Source of the DNA: Pseudohongiellaceae bacterium
Lineage (GTDB): Bacteria; Pseudomonadota; Gammaproteobacteria; Pseudomonadales; Pseudohongiellaceae
Assembly (NCBI GenBank): GCA_965661005.1
Contig: CBFICB010000004.1
Span: forward strand, 62,879 to 126,878
Length of the DNA: 64,000 nt
Reading direction: 5' to 3'
The position numbers were made by a program, and so were the translations under genes. Under the pieces are notes generated by a model. The model was not told where the DNA came from and did no database searches. It saw only the letters and a list, made by a program, of their open reading frames with translations. Positions 1 through 10,874 of this stretch are shown in pieces (the stretch's first letter is position 1; every line of letters begins with the position of its first letter).

Positions 1-664
1 ACGAGAAGGCGATTTTTATATATTGGCATTTCCCAAAAACCTTGCCTTAATGGACCTTTTAGATGAAATAGGGCATATGCCTTTGCCACCTTATATCAAA
101 CGTGAGGATGAGCTCTCCGATAAAGAACGCTATCAAACAGTTTATAGCGAAAAACAAGGTGCTGTCGCGGCACCAACAGCAGGATTACATTTTGATAAGC
201 CCCTGCTTGCAGAGATAAGCGCTAAAGGTATTGATACTGCAAAAGTCACTCTGCATGTTGGGGCTGGAACATTTCAGCCTGTAAGAGCTGAAAAGATAGA
301 AGCACACCAAATGCATGCTGAATATTTGGAAGTGGATGAAGCTGTTTGCCAGAAAGTAAAGGCCTGTCGTGCCAGAGGCGGTCGTGTGGTTGCTATAGGC
401 ACCACTACAGTTCGCTGTTTGGAAACAGCCAGTCGTTCCGGCGAAATTACACCATTTAAAGGTGATACTGATATTTTTATTTATCCAGGCTATACATTTA
501 AATCTGTGGATGCCTTGCTAACTAATTTCCATCTGCCGGAATCGACATTGATTATGTTGGTGAGTGCCTTCGCAGGGAAGGAAAATATTTTGCATGCCTA
601 TAATGAGGCCATCAAAGAAAAATATAGATTTTTTAGTTATGGAGATGCAAGCTTTATTAGCTAA
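1..664 (+). CDS. queA: S-adenosylmethionine:tRNA ribosyltransferase-isomerase QueA, C-terminal part (5' end is outside the window)
   Basis: The frame is open from base 2. The translation contains [47 protein letters not shown] and [10 protein letters not shown], colinear with the QueA C-terminal half as I remember it. Confidence 0.9.
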   Translation, partial: REGDFYILAFPKNLALMDLLDEIGHMPLPPYIKREDELSDKERYQTVYSEKQGAVAAPTAGLHFDKPLLAEISAKGIDTAKVTLHVGAGTFQPVRAEKIEAHQMHAEYLEVDEAVCQKVKACRARGGRVVAIGTTTVRCLETASRSGEITPFKGDTDIFIYPGYTFKSVDALLTNFHLPESTLIMLVSAFAGKENILHAYNEAIKEKYRFFSYGDASFIS

Positions 665-758
665 AGGCTGTGGTGCTTAACTAATGCTTTAATTATTCGC
701 TAGGCTCGTGACGTTTTTTATAGCTTAGTGTTTGGTGGGTATAGCTGAAGTTTTATGA

Positions 759-2171
759 TCAAGGTAGATAGCGAATCTGAATTCCAACACTATCCTGATC
801 GATTAACAGATCAGAAATCACCACCACTTTATCATTGCTTTCAAATCCAGCTTTCTGTTTAAGTTCATTAAATGCGCGACCTAAAGTTTCTTCTGGATCA
901 TCACTAAATTCAATTTTAAAAGGGTATAGATAACGGTTTAGTGTCATCAGGCGCCGAGTAATTCCAATGTTGGTGAAAGCGAAAATTGGAGAATTTTCGG
1001 GATGACAATTAGTCACATAATTAGCCATGATGCCGTGTCGGGTTACTACGATAATACCTTTGGCGTTAAGGCTGTCGGCTAGCTCTACGGCGGTTGCAGC
1101 CAAATGTTCTTTATCAGAAGATTTAATCAAATCATCCGTTAAATTCAGTCCGGGTTGTTTTTCATTAGCGCGGGCGATGGCATCTAATTGCTTAACACAT
1201 CGCACCGGGTGTTTGCCGATGGTAGTTTCTCCTGACAGCATAATGGCATCTGCGCCTTCATAGACCGCATTGGCAACATCAGTCACTTCTGCTCTTGTAG
1301 GAATTGGGTTTTCGATCATCGATTCCAGTAGATGTGTGGCTACGATAACGCGTTTACCATAACGAGCACACAAACGAATGATATTGCGTTGCACGATGGG
1401 TAATTCTGCTAAATCAATTTCCACTCCTAAATCACCACGGGCGACCATAATGCCATCAGATGCCTGAACTATTTCTTCCAGGTTTTTTACCCCTTGTTGA
1501 TCTTCGATTTTTGCGATAATTTTTATTGTGGATAATTTTTCCGGAAAATTTTCTTCAATTAAGTCTCGAAGTTGCTGGATATCCTTCGCTTCTCTCACAA
1601 ATGAAAGCGCGATGTAGTCTAATTCGTGTTTAAGTCCATACAGGATGTCTTCTCTGTCCTTGTTAGTGATTGCTGGCAAGTTGACTCTAATGCCCGGCAG
1701 GTTGACATGCTTCTTGCTACCCAGTTTGCCGCCATCCAAAATCTTACAGCGTAAAACTGGGTTACTTTTCTCCAGCACCTCAAGGTTAATCAAACCATTA
1801 TCGACGGTGATTTTATCGCCGACATTTACTGTCTCAATAAGCTCGTCATAATTTATTCTGATGGAGGACTCTTCAACATCAACCCCATCACGAACAGAAA
1901 TTGAAATTTCATCGCCGGCTTTTAGGTCCAGATCATTTTCCAACACGCCAGTCCTAATTTCAGGTCCCTGAGTGTCAAGTAAAATGCCAACGGGGAAGGC
2001 AGTATGCTTATTTAATTCAACAATATGTTCAATCATACGGTCTACCCAATTATGTGGAGCATGTGACATATTGAGCCGGATAATGTCCATGCCGGCGGCA
2101 TGCATTTCCTGAAGTTTTTCATAGTTACTGGTGGCAGGGCCAAGGGTGCAGATTATTTTAGTTTTGCGCAT
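759..2171 (-). CDS. pyk: pyruvate kinase
   Basis: 470 aa. N-terminus MRKTKIICTLGPAT, MVARGDLGVEI motif, and a C-terminal allosteric-domain-like tail. Confidence 0.95.
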   Translation of the reverse strand: MRKTKIICTLGPATSNYEKLQEMHAAGMDIIRLNMSHAPHNWVDRMIEHIVELNKHTAFPVGILLDTQGPEIRTGVLENDLDLKAGDEISISVRDGVDVEESSIRINYDELIETVNVGDKITVDNGLINLEVLEKSNPVLRCKILDGGKLGSKKHVNLPGIRVNLPAITNKDREDILYGLKHELDYIALSFVREAKDIQQLRDLIEENFPEKLSTIKIIAKIEDQQGVKNLEEIVQASDGIMVARGDLGVEIDLAELPIVQRNIIRLCARYGKRVIVATHLLESMIENPIPTRAEVTDVANAVYEGADAIMLSGETTIGKHPVRCVKQLDAIARANEKQPGLNLTDDLIKSSDKEHLAATAVELADSLNAKGIIVVTRHGIMANYVTNCHPENSPIFAFTNIGITRRLMTLNRYLYPFKIEFSDDPEETLGRAFNELKQKAGFESNDKVVVISDLLIDQDSVGIQIRYLP

Positions 2172-2291
2172 GAATGCGTCCGTAAAAGATAGAATGAGAG
2201 CCTAAAAATATAATCTGGATTCTAGCAAAAAAGCAGGGCTAAAGTCAGTAAACATAATACTTTTCAGAATACTGCCGATGTAAAGAAAGTC

Positions 2292-2300
2292 TGTTATAAT
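2292..2300 (+). promoter_or_regulatory. candidate extended -10 promoter element (TGTTATAAT) for mdh
   Basis: Exact TGnTATAAT lies about 90 nt upstream of the mdh ATG. No good -35 is seen. It is followed by a CGTTAGC...GCTAACG inverted repeat in the putative leader. Confidence 0.35.
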
Positions 2301-2387
2301 CGCGCGCTCACGCCGTTAGCTGTATATTTTTCGGCGCCGGCTAACGCTAACTTGTATCTAACATTAACAACGCTAAAGGGATCCCAA

Positions 2388-3365
2388 ATGAAATCACCTG
2401 TTCGTGTTGCAGTCACAGGGGCTGCTGGACAAATTAGTTACTCACTTTTATTCAGAATTGCATCTGGTGCCATGTTGGGGCCAGATCAACCGGTTATTCT
2501 ACAATTACTGGAAATCACCCCAGCCTTGGATGCGCTTGCAGGGGCCGCGATGGAAATTGATGACTGTGCTTTTCCGCTAGTACACGGCATCGTTCAGACA
2601 GATGATCCTAATGTTGCATTTAAAGACGCAGATTACTGTTTGCTGGTTGGAGCTCGTCCACGTGGGCCAGGCATGGAACGCAAAGATTTGTTGGAAGCTA
2701 ATGCCGCGATTTTTTCAGTACAAGGTAAAGCAATAAATGATAATGCCAGCCGCGATGTGAAAGTGATCGTTGTTGGTAATCCAGCGAATACCAATGCCCT
2801 GATCGCTTATCGCAATGCACCAGACCTGAAACCTGGACAGTTTACTGCAATGACTCGTCTAGACCATAACCGTGCCATGGCGCAGTTGGCAGAGAAAACT
2901 GGTAAGCACAGTTCTGATGTAAAAAGTATGATTATCTGGGGTAATCATAGTGCTACTCAATATCCGGATATCCATCATTGCACTGTGGACGGAACTGCAG
3001 CGACTGATTTAGTTGATATGGATTGGGTCGTTGATGACTTTATTCCTACAGTTCAACAACGTGGCGCTGCAATTATCAAAGCTCGTGGCCTTTCTAGCGC
3101 TGCTTCTGCTGCTAATGCTGCAATTGAGCATATGCGTGATTGGGCCCTCGGTACTAACGGTCAAATTGTCAGCATGGGTATTCCAAGTGACGGTAGCTAT
3201 GGAATTGCTGAAGGCTTGATTTATTCTTTCCCGGTTACTTGTGAAAACGGAGAGTACTCAATCGTTCAGGGACTAGATGTTAATGAGTTCAGCCGTAATC
3301 TGATGCAGGCGACCGAAACAGAATTGAGCGAAGAGAGAGACGGCGTTTCTCATTTGTTGCCTTAA
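2388..3365 (+). CDS. mdh: malate dehydrogenase (long, LDH-like type 2 form)
   Basis: [27 protein letters not shown] Rossmann N-terminus and the [12 protein letters not shown] motif. I chose the ATG at 2388, which has AAAGGG 7 nt upstream, over the longer track ORF starting at 2352. Confidence 0.93.
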   Translation: MKSPVRVAVTGAAGQISYSLLFRIASGAMLGPDQPVILQLLEITPALDALAGAAMEIDDCAFPLVHGIVQTDDPNVAFKDADYCLLVGARPRGPGMERKDLLEANAAIFSVQGKAINDNASRDVKVIVVGNPANTNALIAYRNAPDLKPGQFTAMTRLDHNRAMAQLAEKTGKHSSDVKSMIIWGNHSATQYPDIHHCTVDGTAATDLVDMDWVVDDFIPTVQQRGAAIIKARGLSSAASAANAAIEHMRDWALGTNGQIVSMGIPSDGSYGIAEGLIYSFPVTCENGEYSIVQGLDVNEFSRNLMQATETELSEERDGVSHLLP

Positions 3366-3527
3366 TATTTGTGGCGATGGCTATTTCGTTCTCATGCGTT
3401 GTTGCTTATGTGCTCGGTCAGTCACGTATTCCTAATGCGTTCTTTCGCCGCATCCATAAGCGCTTAGCCTGAGAGATAAATATCCAAGCGCTACGTTTTA
3501 AATTAAGGTTATGTGGCATAAGAAGAA

Positions 3528-4693
<1,166 letters not shown>

Positions 4694-4720
4694 CTAATTT
4701 TCTAACTTAAAGGCAATATT

Positions 4721-5062
4721 ATGGATTTTTTTATCAGCTCAGCATATGCACAAACCGCAGACGGAGCCGCTCAACAAAGCCCCTGGACCAGTTTTATTTT
4801 CCTGGGAGGCTTTATACTTATTTTTTACTTTATGTTGATTCGGCCACAATCAAAACGAGCAAAAGAACATAAAGCACTAATTCAGGGTATTGGCAAAGGC
4901 GACGAAGTGATTACAGCCGGAGGAATTCTGGGTAAAGTTACTAAAGTTGATGAACAATATGTGTCGGTATCAGTGACAGAGAATGTTGAGTTAAAGATGC
5001 AAAAGTCATCAGTGTCTGCTGTATTACCCAAAGGCACTATAAAATCTATTGAACAAGCTTAA
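4721..5062 (+). CDS. yajC: preprotein translocase subunit YajC
   Basis: 113 aa with a single TM helix followed by IRPQSKRAKEHKAL. It sits in the conserved tgt-yajC-secD-secF order. Confidence 0.9.
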   Translation: MDFFISSAYAQTADGAAQQSPWTSFIFLGGFILIFYFMLIRPQSKRAKEHKALIQGIGKGDEVITAGGILGKVTKVDEQYVSVSVTENVELKMQKSSVSAVLPKGTIKSIEQA

Positions 5063-5106
5063 AAGACGGCACTAATAAAACTCCAACTGCAACTGGTCTG
5101 TGATGC

Positions 5107-6987
5107 ATGCTAAATAAATATCCTCTTTGGAAAAACCTCTTGATAGTGTTTGTTATTGCATTGTCAGTTGTCTATGCTGCGCCGAATTTTTATCCGCCGG
5201 ATCCTGCCATCCAGATTTCTCATGATAGCGGCCTGGTTGATCAAAGTGTTATAGATACAGCATCTGCAGCATTGATTTCTGATGGCATTAACTTCCTGTC
5301 AGCAGAATTGGAAGATGGTTCAGGTTTGATTCGCTTGCAGGATCAGAATGATCAACGACGTGCGCAGGAAATCGTACAACTGTCCTTGCCAGATGAATAT
5401 CTGATTGCTCAAAACATGGCACCAAATACACCAGGTTTTTTACAGTCATTTGGGGCTGGCCCAATGGCTTATGGTCTTGATTTAAGTGGTGGTGTTCACT
5501 TCCTGATGGAAGTTGATATGGAGCAAGCTATCAGCAATCAGTTAAGCGATTCTATAGCTGTAATGCGTCGTTTATTGCGTGAAGAGCGTTTACGTTATCG
5601 TCCTCCCATAGAAGTAGATGACACTAACCGTATTGTGATCCGCTTTAATGATGCAGAAACCAGGACTGCCGCCAATAATTTAATCAGGGAAGAATTTCCT
5701 GACTTGATAAGCCGCAACAGTGAAATTGCTAATGAGTTTATTTTGTATTATCAGCCAACTGAAGCCAGCATCTTGTTATTGCAGGATTATGCTTTGCAAC
5801 AAAACCTTTCAACACTGCGAACTCGTGTTGATGCTTTAGGTGTCAGGGAGCCTAAGGTGCAGCGCATGGGGCAAGACCGTATTGTTGTAGAGCTACCTGG
5901 AATACAGGATACAGCTCGTGCCAAGGATATTATTTCTACAGTGGCGACCTTACGCTTTCATCTGGTTGCAGAAAGCAATGCTGCTCCAGGTACTACGACT
6001 GATTATGATTATGAAGGTCTGCCTCTTACGCTGGAAAATGATTTGATCGTTGGTGGTGATAGCGTCACCCAGGCCCAGGCAACATTTGATGCTCAGACGT
6101 CATTGCCTCAAGTTAACATTACACTTGATGCTGCAGGAGCCAGGCAGATGAATGAGGCTACTCGTGGCAACATAGGTCGAAACATGGCTATTCTGCTTAG
6201 CGAGACCAAAGTACGAACCGTGACGGAATTACTGCCCAGTGGTGAAATTGTTTCCAGCTCTGAACCCTATGAAGAAATTAGAGTGATAAGTGCTCCGACT
6301 ATTCAGGCTGCTTTGGGTAGGCAATTCAGGATTACCGGCTTAATGGGCAATGAAGCAAATGATTTGGCTTTATTAATTCGTTCAGGCGCATTAGCAGCCC
6401 CTATGTATTTTCTTGAAGAAAGCACCATAGGGCCGAGCCTTGGGCAGGAAAATATCGATCGAGGGGTTTTATCGGTACAAATTGGTTTTACCCTCGTGCT
6501 TGTTTTTATGATGGCTTACTACCGTTTATTTGGTTTAGTGGCCAACGTGGCGCTGGCCATCAATCTATTTTTATTAATTGCGGTGATGTCTATTATCGGT
6601 GCGACATTAACCTTGCCAGGAATTGCAGGGATAGTATTGACAGTGGGCATGGCCGTGGATGCTAATGTACTGATCTTTGCTCGTATCAGGGAAGAGCTTA
6701 AAAATGGTTTAAGTGTGCAAAAGGCAATTGATTCGGGTTATGGCAGGGCTTTTGTCACTATTCTTGATGCAAACGTTACGACACTGCTGGTCGCCATAAT
6801 TTTATATTCTATTGGAACCGGACCCGTTAAAGGTTTTGCAGTGACTCTCTCCATTGGAATTTTAACTTCAATGTTTACCGCAATAGTTGTAACACGTTCC
6901 ATCATTAACCTTATTTATGGTGGGCGCAAAGTTAACAAACTTTCTATAGGCATAAAAATGCCTGAGCCGAACGCAGGGAAGGCTTAA
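5107..6987 (+). CDS. secD: protein translocase subunit SecD
   Basis: 626 aa with an N-terminal TM helix, a large periplasmic domain and C-terminal RND-like TM bundle motifs (GIAGIVLTVGMAVDANVLIFARIREE). Confidence 0.95.
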   Translation: MLNKYPLWKNLLIVFVIALSVVYAAPNFYPPDPAIQISHDSGLVDQSVIDTASAALISDGINFLSAELEDGSGLIRLQDQNDQRRAQEIVQLSLPDEYLIAQNMAPNTPGFLQSFGAGPMAYGLDLSGGVHFLMEVDMEQAISNQLSDSIAVMRRLLREERLRYRPPIEVDDTNRIVIRFNDAETRTAANNLIREEFPDLISRNSEIANEFILYYQPTEASILLLQDYALQQNLSTLRTRVDALGVREPKVQRMGQDRIVVELPGIQDTARAKDIISTVATLRFHLVAESNAAPGTTTDYDYEGLPLTLENDLIVGGDSVTQAQATFDAQTSLPQVNITLDAAGARQMNEATRGNIGRNMAILLSETKVRTVTELLPSGEIVSSSEPYEEIRVISAPTIQAALGRQFRITGLMGNEANDLALLIRSGALAAPMYFLEESTIGPSLGQENIDRGVLSVQIGFTLVLVFMMAYYRLFGLVANVALAINLFLLIAVMSIIGATLTLPGIAGIVLTVGMAVDANVLIFARIREELKNGLSVQKAIDSGYGRAFVTILDANVTTLLVAIILYSIGTGPVKGFAVTLSIGILTSMFTAIVVTRSIINLIYGGRKVNKLSIGIKMPEPNAGKA

Positions 6988-7005
6988 ATCAGGTATTAAT
7001 TAAAC

Positions 7006-7953
7006 ATGATAGATTTTAATAACACGATCGATTTTATGGGCAAGCGCAAGTTTGCCACCATAATATCAGCGATCCTCATTATTCTTTCCATAGGCTCATT
7101 CTTTGTTAATGGCATGCGCTTTGGTTTGGATTTTACTGGTGGTACTCAGGCTGAACTCTTGTTTGAGGAATCACCCGATCTAGAAGGTATCAGAAGTACC
7201 CTAGAGCGGAATGGGTTTCAAAATTATGAAGTGGTTTTCTTTGGTAGCGATTTGGATGTCGTCATTAGAATACAAGATGTTCAGGAAGAAGGCTTGCCAC
7301 TGGAAGAGTCTAATCAGACCGGTGATCGCGTATTGGCAATGCTGGAAGAAGCATCAGGGCAAAATATTGAGTTACTGCGTTCAGAATTCATAGGTGCTCA
7401 GGTTGGAGATGAGTTAAGAGAACAGGGCGGCTTGGGTATGTTGGTCGCATTGATCATGATTATGATTTACATCTCTTTACGCTTTCAGTTTAAATTTGCA
7501 ATTGGAGCAGTAGTCGCTCTGGCACATGATGTGATTATTGTGCTGGGCTTTTTCTCTTTTATGCAATTTGATTTTGATCTGACAGTATTAGCTGCAGTAC
7601 TTGCAGTAGTGGGTTATTCGCTGAATGATACTATTGTTGTGTCAGATCGTATTCGTGAAAACTTTCGTTTGCTTAGAGGAGTTGATGCAAATGAGACTAT
7701 CAACACTTCAATTACTCAAACCTTTAGTCGAACGATTATTACGTCATTAACTACATTGTTAGTGCTTCTGGCGTTATTGTTGGTTGGTGGTGAAATGATT
7801 AGTGGCTTTGCTATTGCTTTAACAGTAGGTGTTTTGATTGGTACTTATTCATCAATTTATGTTGCGGCAAATGTATTACTTTATATGCATATCAGTAAGG
7901 AAGATTTAATTCCTGCCCAAAAAGACGATTCAGAACTGGATGCTCTTCCTTAA
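7006..7953 (+). CDS. secF: protein translocase subunit SecF
   Basis: 315 aa. LDFTGGT motif and a TM bundle with YSLNDTIVVSDRIREN, immediately downstream of secD. Confidence 0.95.
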   Translation: MIDFNNTIDFMGKRKFATIISAILIILSIGSFFVNGMRFGLDFTGGTQAELLFEESPDLEGIRSTLERNGFQNYEVVFFGSDLDVVIRIQDVQEEGLPLEESNQTGDRVLAMLEEASGQNIELLRSEFIGAQVGDELREQGGLGMLVALIMIMIYISLRFQFKFAIGAVVALAHDVIIVLGFFSFMQFDFDLTVLAAVLAVVGYSLNDTIVVSDRIRENFRLLRGVDANETINTSITQTFSRTIITSLTTLLVLLALLLVGGEMISGFAIALTVGVLIGTYSSIYVAANVLLYMHISKEDLIPAQKDDSELDALP

Positions 7954-7976
7954 GAAAAATAAGCTTTACAGAAGTC

Positions 7977-8007
7977 AAAAAAAACCGCCGTTAGGCGGTT
8001 TTTTTTT
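7977..8007. terminator. bidirectional rho-independent terminator between secF and the convergent cspA
   Basis: A-run, CCGCC-GTTA-GGCGG hairpin, then a T-run of 9. The flanks are symmetric, so it can serve both convergent genes. Confidence 0.8.
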
Positions 8008-8021
8008 ATCTATATGTGTAA

Positions 8022-8228
8022 TTAAACAGCTACAACTTTATTGGCGCAAGGGCCTTTTTGTCCTTGTCCAACTTCGAACTCAACTGCTTGTCCATCATTT
8101 AGAGTCGCATATTCTCCACCACTTTGGATTTCAGAATGATGGACAAAAAGATCTTTGCCGCCATCTTCTGGAGTGATGAAGCCAAAACCTTTATCCGGGT
8201 TGAACCACTTAACAGTACCTTTACTCAT
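8022..8228 (-). CDS. cspA: cold-shock protein, CspA family
   Basis: 68 aa. [34 protein letters not shown] contains the RNP1 and RNP2 motifs. Confidence 0.95.
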   Translation of the reverse strand: MSKGTVKWFNPDKGFGFITPEDGGKDLFVHHSEIQSGGEYATLNDGQAVEFEVGQGQKGPCANKVVAV

Positions 8229-8585
8229 TACATATACTCATTTTATTGGTGAAAATTAAATTATTATATTCGAGCTCACCTCATCAAATATAAACAATTA
8301 CCTACAAATGTAGATAACCGCTGATAAAAAAATATCAGTTCCACTGGCAATGATTACATAGTGAGTCGCTTTTAAATAGGAATATATGAAAATATATTTA
8401 ATTCCAGATGAGGATTTTAAAGAATGAAGGTCAAATATTGATGTATTAGGGAGAGAGACGAATCAGTTAAATCAGGATGATATTTTGACTGATAGATTCA
8501 AAACCAGAATATTAATAATTACCTAACTTATAAAAAATTTTGAACCGTATAGTTAGTTCATCTGAATCATGTAAGAGTTATAGGG

Positions 8586-8873
8586 CTAATCTTGGATATC
8601 GATTTCATGTGTCCATTTGGGGAAGCCGACTTTCGCCAGATATTTTGCCAGGTCTGTAGAGCCATAAAAACGTAATTCATCGTCTTCCTTATAAAAAAGC
8701 ACAGCCTGGTCTACTTTGAATTTGTTCGCTCGCGCATTATCAGTTAAGTCATTTAATAGCTTGAGATTATCACTTTCGGTGCCGGACTCTGATTTGGCAT
8801 CAAAAATAGCAAAATCCATAAAATCGCCATTTGATGTCTCTTGTCGGAAATGCGCCATATTTATTTTCATCAT
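8586..8873 (-). CDS. hypothetical protein (95 aa, acidic, no signal peptide)
   Basis: The only long ORF in an AT-rich stretch. I recognise no motif. The coding call rests on ORF length and isolation only. Confidence 0.45.
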   Translation of the reverse strand: MMKINMAHFRQETSNGDFMDFAIFDAKSESGTESDNLKLLNDLTDNARANKFKVDQAVLFYKEDDELRFYGSTDLAKYLAKVGFPKWTHEIDIQD

Positions 8874-9069
8874 GTCTCCTGTATATTGATTAAGTCAACC
8901 GAAATTGTAACTGTAAAAATTGTATTTTCAATTGTTAAGATCTAATAATCGTGATCCGAGTTTAAATCATAATAAAGTCAAAGTGGTATAGATAGATTTT
9001 TGTTCAACATGGAATTACGAGCTGAATGTTTAATTAGCATTTAAGTGCTGAAAACACTCAGTTCAGTGT

Positions 9070-9462
9070 TCAAAATTTTTCACATTGTAGTGTTTCTAAA
9101 TATATGGAATTTTTATGGTTTAAATTGGGATCTTGATAAATCCCTCCAAAAAATCGGATCAATTCAGCTGTAGATAAGTTTTTATTGAGCTCTAAAGAAG
9201 CAGCATCGTTAGAGCAACTCCATGACCAGGTTTTTGATTGGCACTGCATATTCAAAAGAGCGGGGTCGTTGTTCTCAGATATCACAGCTGTTGAACTCTG
9301 TAGCTCAATTCTATAAATTCTAGTGCCAAATTCTTCGGGTTCCCAGTTATTACCTGACCAGAGTAAGCCTCCAGCGGCGGTTCCTTCACATGACCAAAAT
9401 TCGACTTCTTCTGCAGCAAAAGCGAGAGGGCTTAGTAAATAAAGAAGGAGTAATTTACGCAT
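9070..9462 (-). CDS. hypothetical secreted Cys-containing protein (130 aa)
   Basis: Clear Sec signal peptide (MRKLLLLYLLSPLAFA-AEE). The mature part has five Cys. No family recognised. Confidence 0.6.
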   Translation of the reverse strand: MRKLLLLYLLSPLAFAAEEVEFWSCEGTAAGGLLWSGNNWEPEEFGTRIYRIELQSSTAVISENNDPALLNMQCQSKTWSWSCSNDAASLELNKNLSTAELIRFFGGIYQDPNLNHKNSIYLETLQCEKF

Positions 9463-9719
9463 CCGATAGTTTCATTACGTAGCTTTTTTAGTCGCAAAAT
9501 TTCCATATTTCTGCCTTAGGTATGGCAATGCGAATGATAGTTTCAGGTCTTATTGTTATAGCGCTTCCCTAATTAGGCAAAAGCCGATCAAGTTGTTACA
9601 AAGCTATATAGGTAAAGGCAGGCGAATTGAAAAGTATAAGTCTGCACTTAACAATTGCTGCTCCATATTTACTATGACCAGATTAGATTTTTCGAAATAG
9701 CTTGGTTGTTAGTATTTGC

Positions 9720-10772
9720 CTAGTTTTCATATGTCTGTTCAAGGCACTCATATGGATTCACTTGACGATAGGGTAACCAGACGAAATATTTGGTTAGGTC
9801 AAAAGTTTCAGTGTAATAAACTGGATCAGTCACAGTCAGGCGATAATCCATGCGCTCATAATCGGCTGAAGGCATAAATCTTTCAACAACAGTGATTTGA
9901 TCGCTTTGCGGTTCCCCCGTCCAACCAAAATAGCCGGCGCTGATATGATCCGTTTCGACGACCAGAGTACTTCCTTCCCAATGACCGCGGGAAAAACCAA
10001 ACATCGTGTGCTCTTCAGGTGCTACGGCATCAGGATTCATATGAATAGTCCGCATGGCATCATATTCTTCCATATGTAATTCGATGGTGTCTTCGACTTG
10101 AGTGAACTCTACAGGGAAAGGAGTCATCATGATCAGTGGAGTGCCTTTGGTGCCGCAGGCTAGTAGATCGTTATCCCATGGATCCCATTGTGCCAGGAAG
10201 GCTTCACCATCTTCGTTGAGAGGGTAGCCACCTCTGAACATAGGAAAGGCTTCCGGGTCATTCATAATGGTGCTCCAGGTGCGGAAAATACCATCAGCTG
10301 ACGCCATGGCAGCGTCAATATCAACACCTGAGTTTTCAGCATCGACATAGCCAATTAAATTTCCTGCTTTTCCGGCTGAGAAATAGGGCCTTCCTGTACC
10401 GAAATCAAACTCATAACCAGTGGGTAATAAAACGTTGCTGGCTAGAATCTCAGGTCGATTAAGTTTGGAAGGGGAGCCTGCCATGGTTATGGTGTCACCA
10501 ACCTTGATTTCATCGCCTTCAACACCACGATTTCGCATGACGCTATAGGATATAGTTTCAGCACGCCAAAGCCGGGAATCCCCGGATTCATCCTCTACTC
10601 TAAAAAGAATATAGCCGTGCGGGTTGCGCCAGGACACCTGTTCTATGACCCCCGTGACTTCGATGGTCTGGTCTCCATCAAATAAAGCAACAGTAGAGTG
10701 GTGAGCGAAAGTTGTACCGGTAAAAAGAACAAAAGAAAAAAGGACGGCAACAAGTGTTAAAAAACGAGGCAT
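9720..10772 (-). CDS. secreted two-domain protein: N-terminal DUF6152-like domain fused to a domain paralogous to the 27509-28303 and 29341-30234 proteins
   Basis: Signal peptide ending TFA-HHS. The pattern HHS..FD....EVTGV...V.WRNPH......V......W..E matches my memory of DUF6152. The C-terminal half has RTIHM...GFSRGHWEGSTLVVET...GEPQSDQITVVERF...LTVTDPVYYTETF. GGAG lies 8 nt before the ATG. Confidence 0.8.
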   Translation of the reverse strand: MPRFLTLVAVLFSFVLFTGTTFAHHSTVALFDGDQTIEVTGVIEQVSWRNPHGYILFRVEDESGDSRLWRAETISYSVMRNRGVEGDEIKVGDTITMAGSPSKLNRPEILASNVLLPTGYEFDFGTGRPYFSAGKAGNLIGYVDAENSGVDIDAAMASADGIFRTWSTIMNDPEAFPMFRGGYPLNEDGEAFLAQWDPWDNDLLACGTKGTPLIMMTPFPVEFTQVEDTIELHMEEYDAMRTIHMNPDAVAPEEHTMFGFSRGHWEGSTLVVETDHISAGYFGWTGEPQSDQITVVERFMPSADYERMDYRLTVTDPVYYTETFDLTKYFVWLPYRQVNPYECLEQTYEN

Positions 10773-10874
10773 GATTAGCTCCAGATATTATTATTTATTG
10801 GAATACTGCCACAAATAATGCGGTAGCAATAGCGTATTTGATATTAAACGATAAATAAAGGTTTACAGACTCTT

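Noticed and set aside
1027-1851. Track ORFs 1027..1263(+) and 1645..1851(+), antisense inside pyk. Equivalent shadow ORFs lie inside mdh, tgt, secF, fdsA (11221-13603), fdhD, the nudix gene, ffh (20153-21298), rpsP, trmD, thrC, the secreted cluster, degP-like, recJ, ccmF, ccmI, the MFS gene, DUF4159, VTC, modBC, moaA, ppiA, yciB, yciO, trpS, scpA, scpB and rluB.
   Set aside because: Each lies wholly within, and mostly antisense to, a long ORF with unmistakable family motifs. Their translations are low-complexity (Ser/Leu/Arg-rich) with no SD or recognisable domain. These are typical shadow ORFs.
7940-8176. 78-aa plus-strand ORF spanning the secF terminator and running antisense through cspA.
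   Set aside because: It runs through a strong bidirectional terminator and opposite a textbook CspA ORF, so it is not credible as coding.
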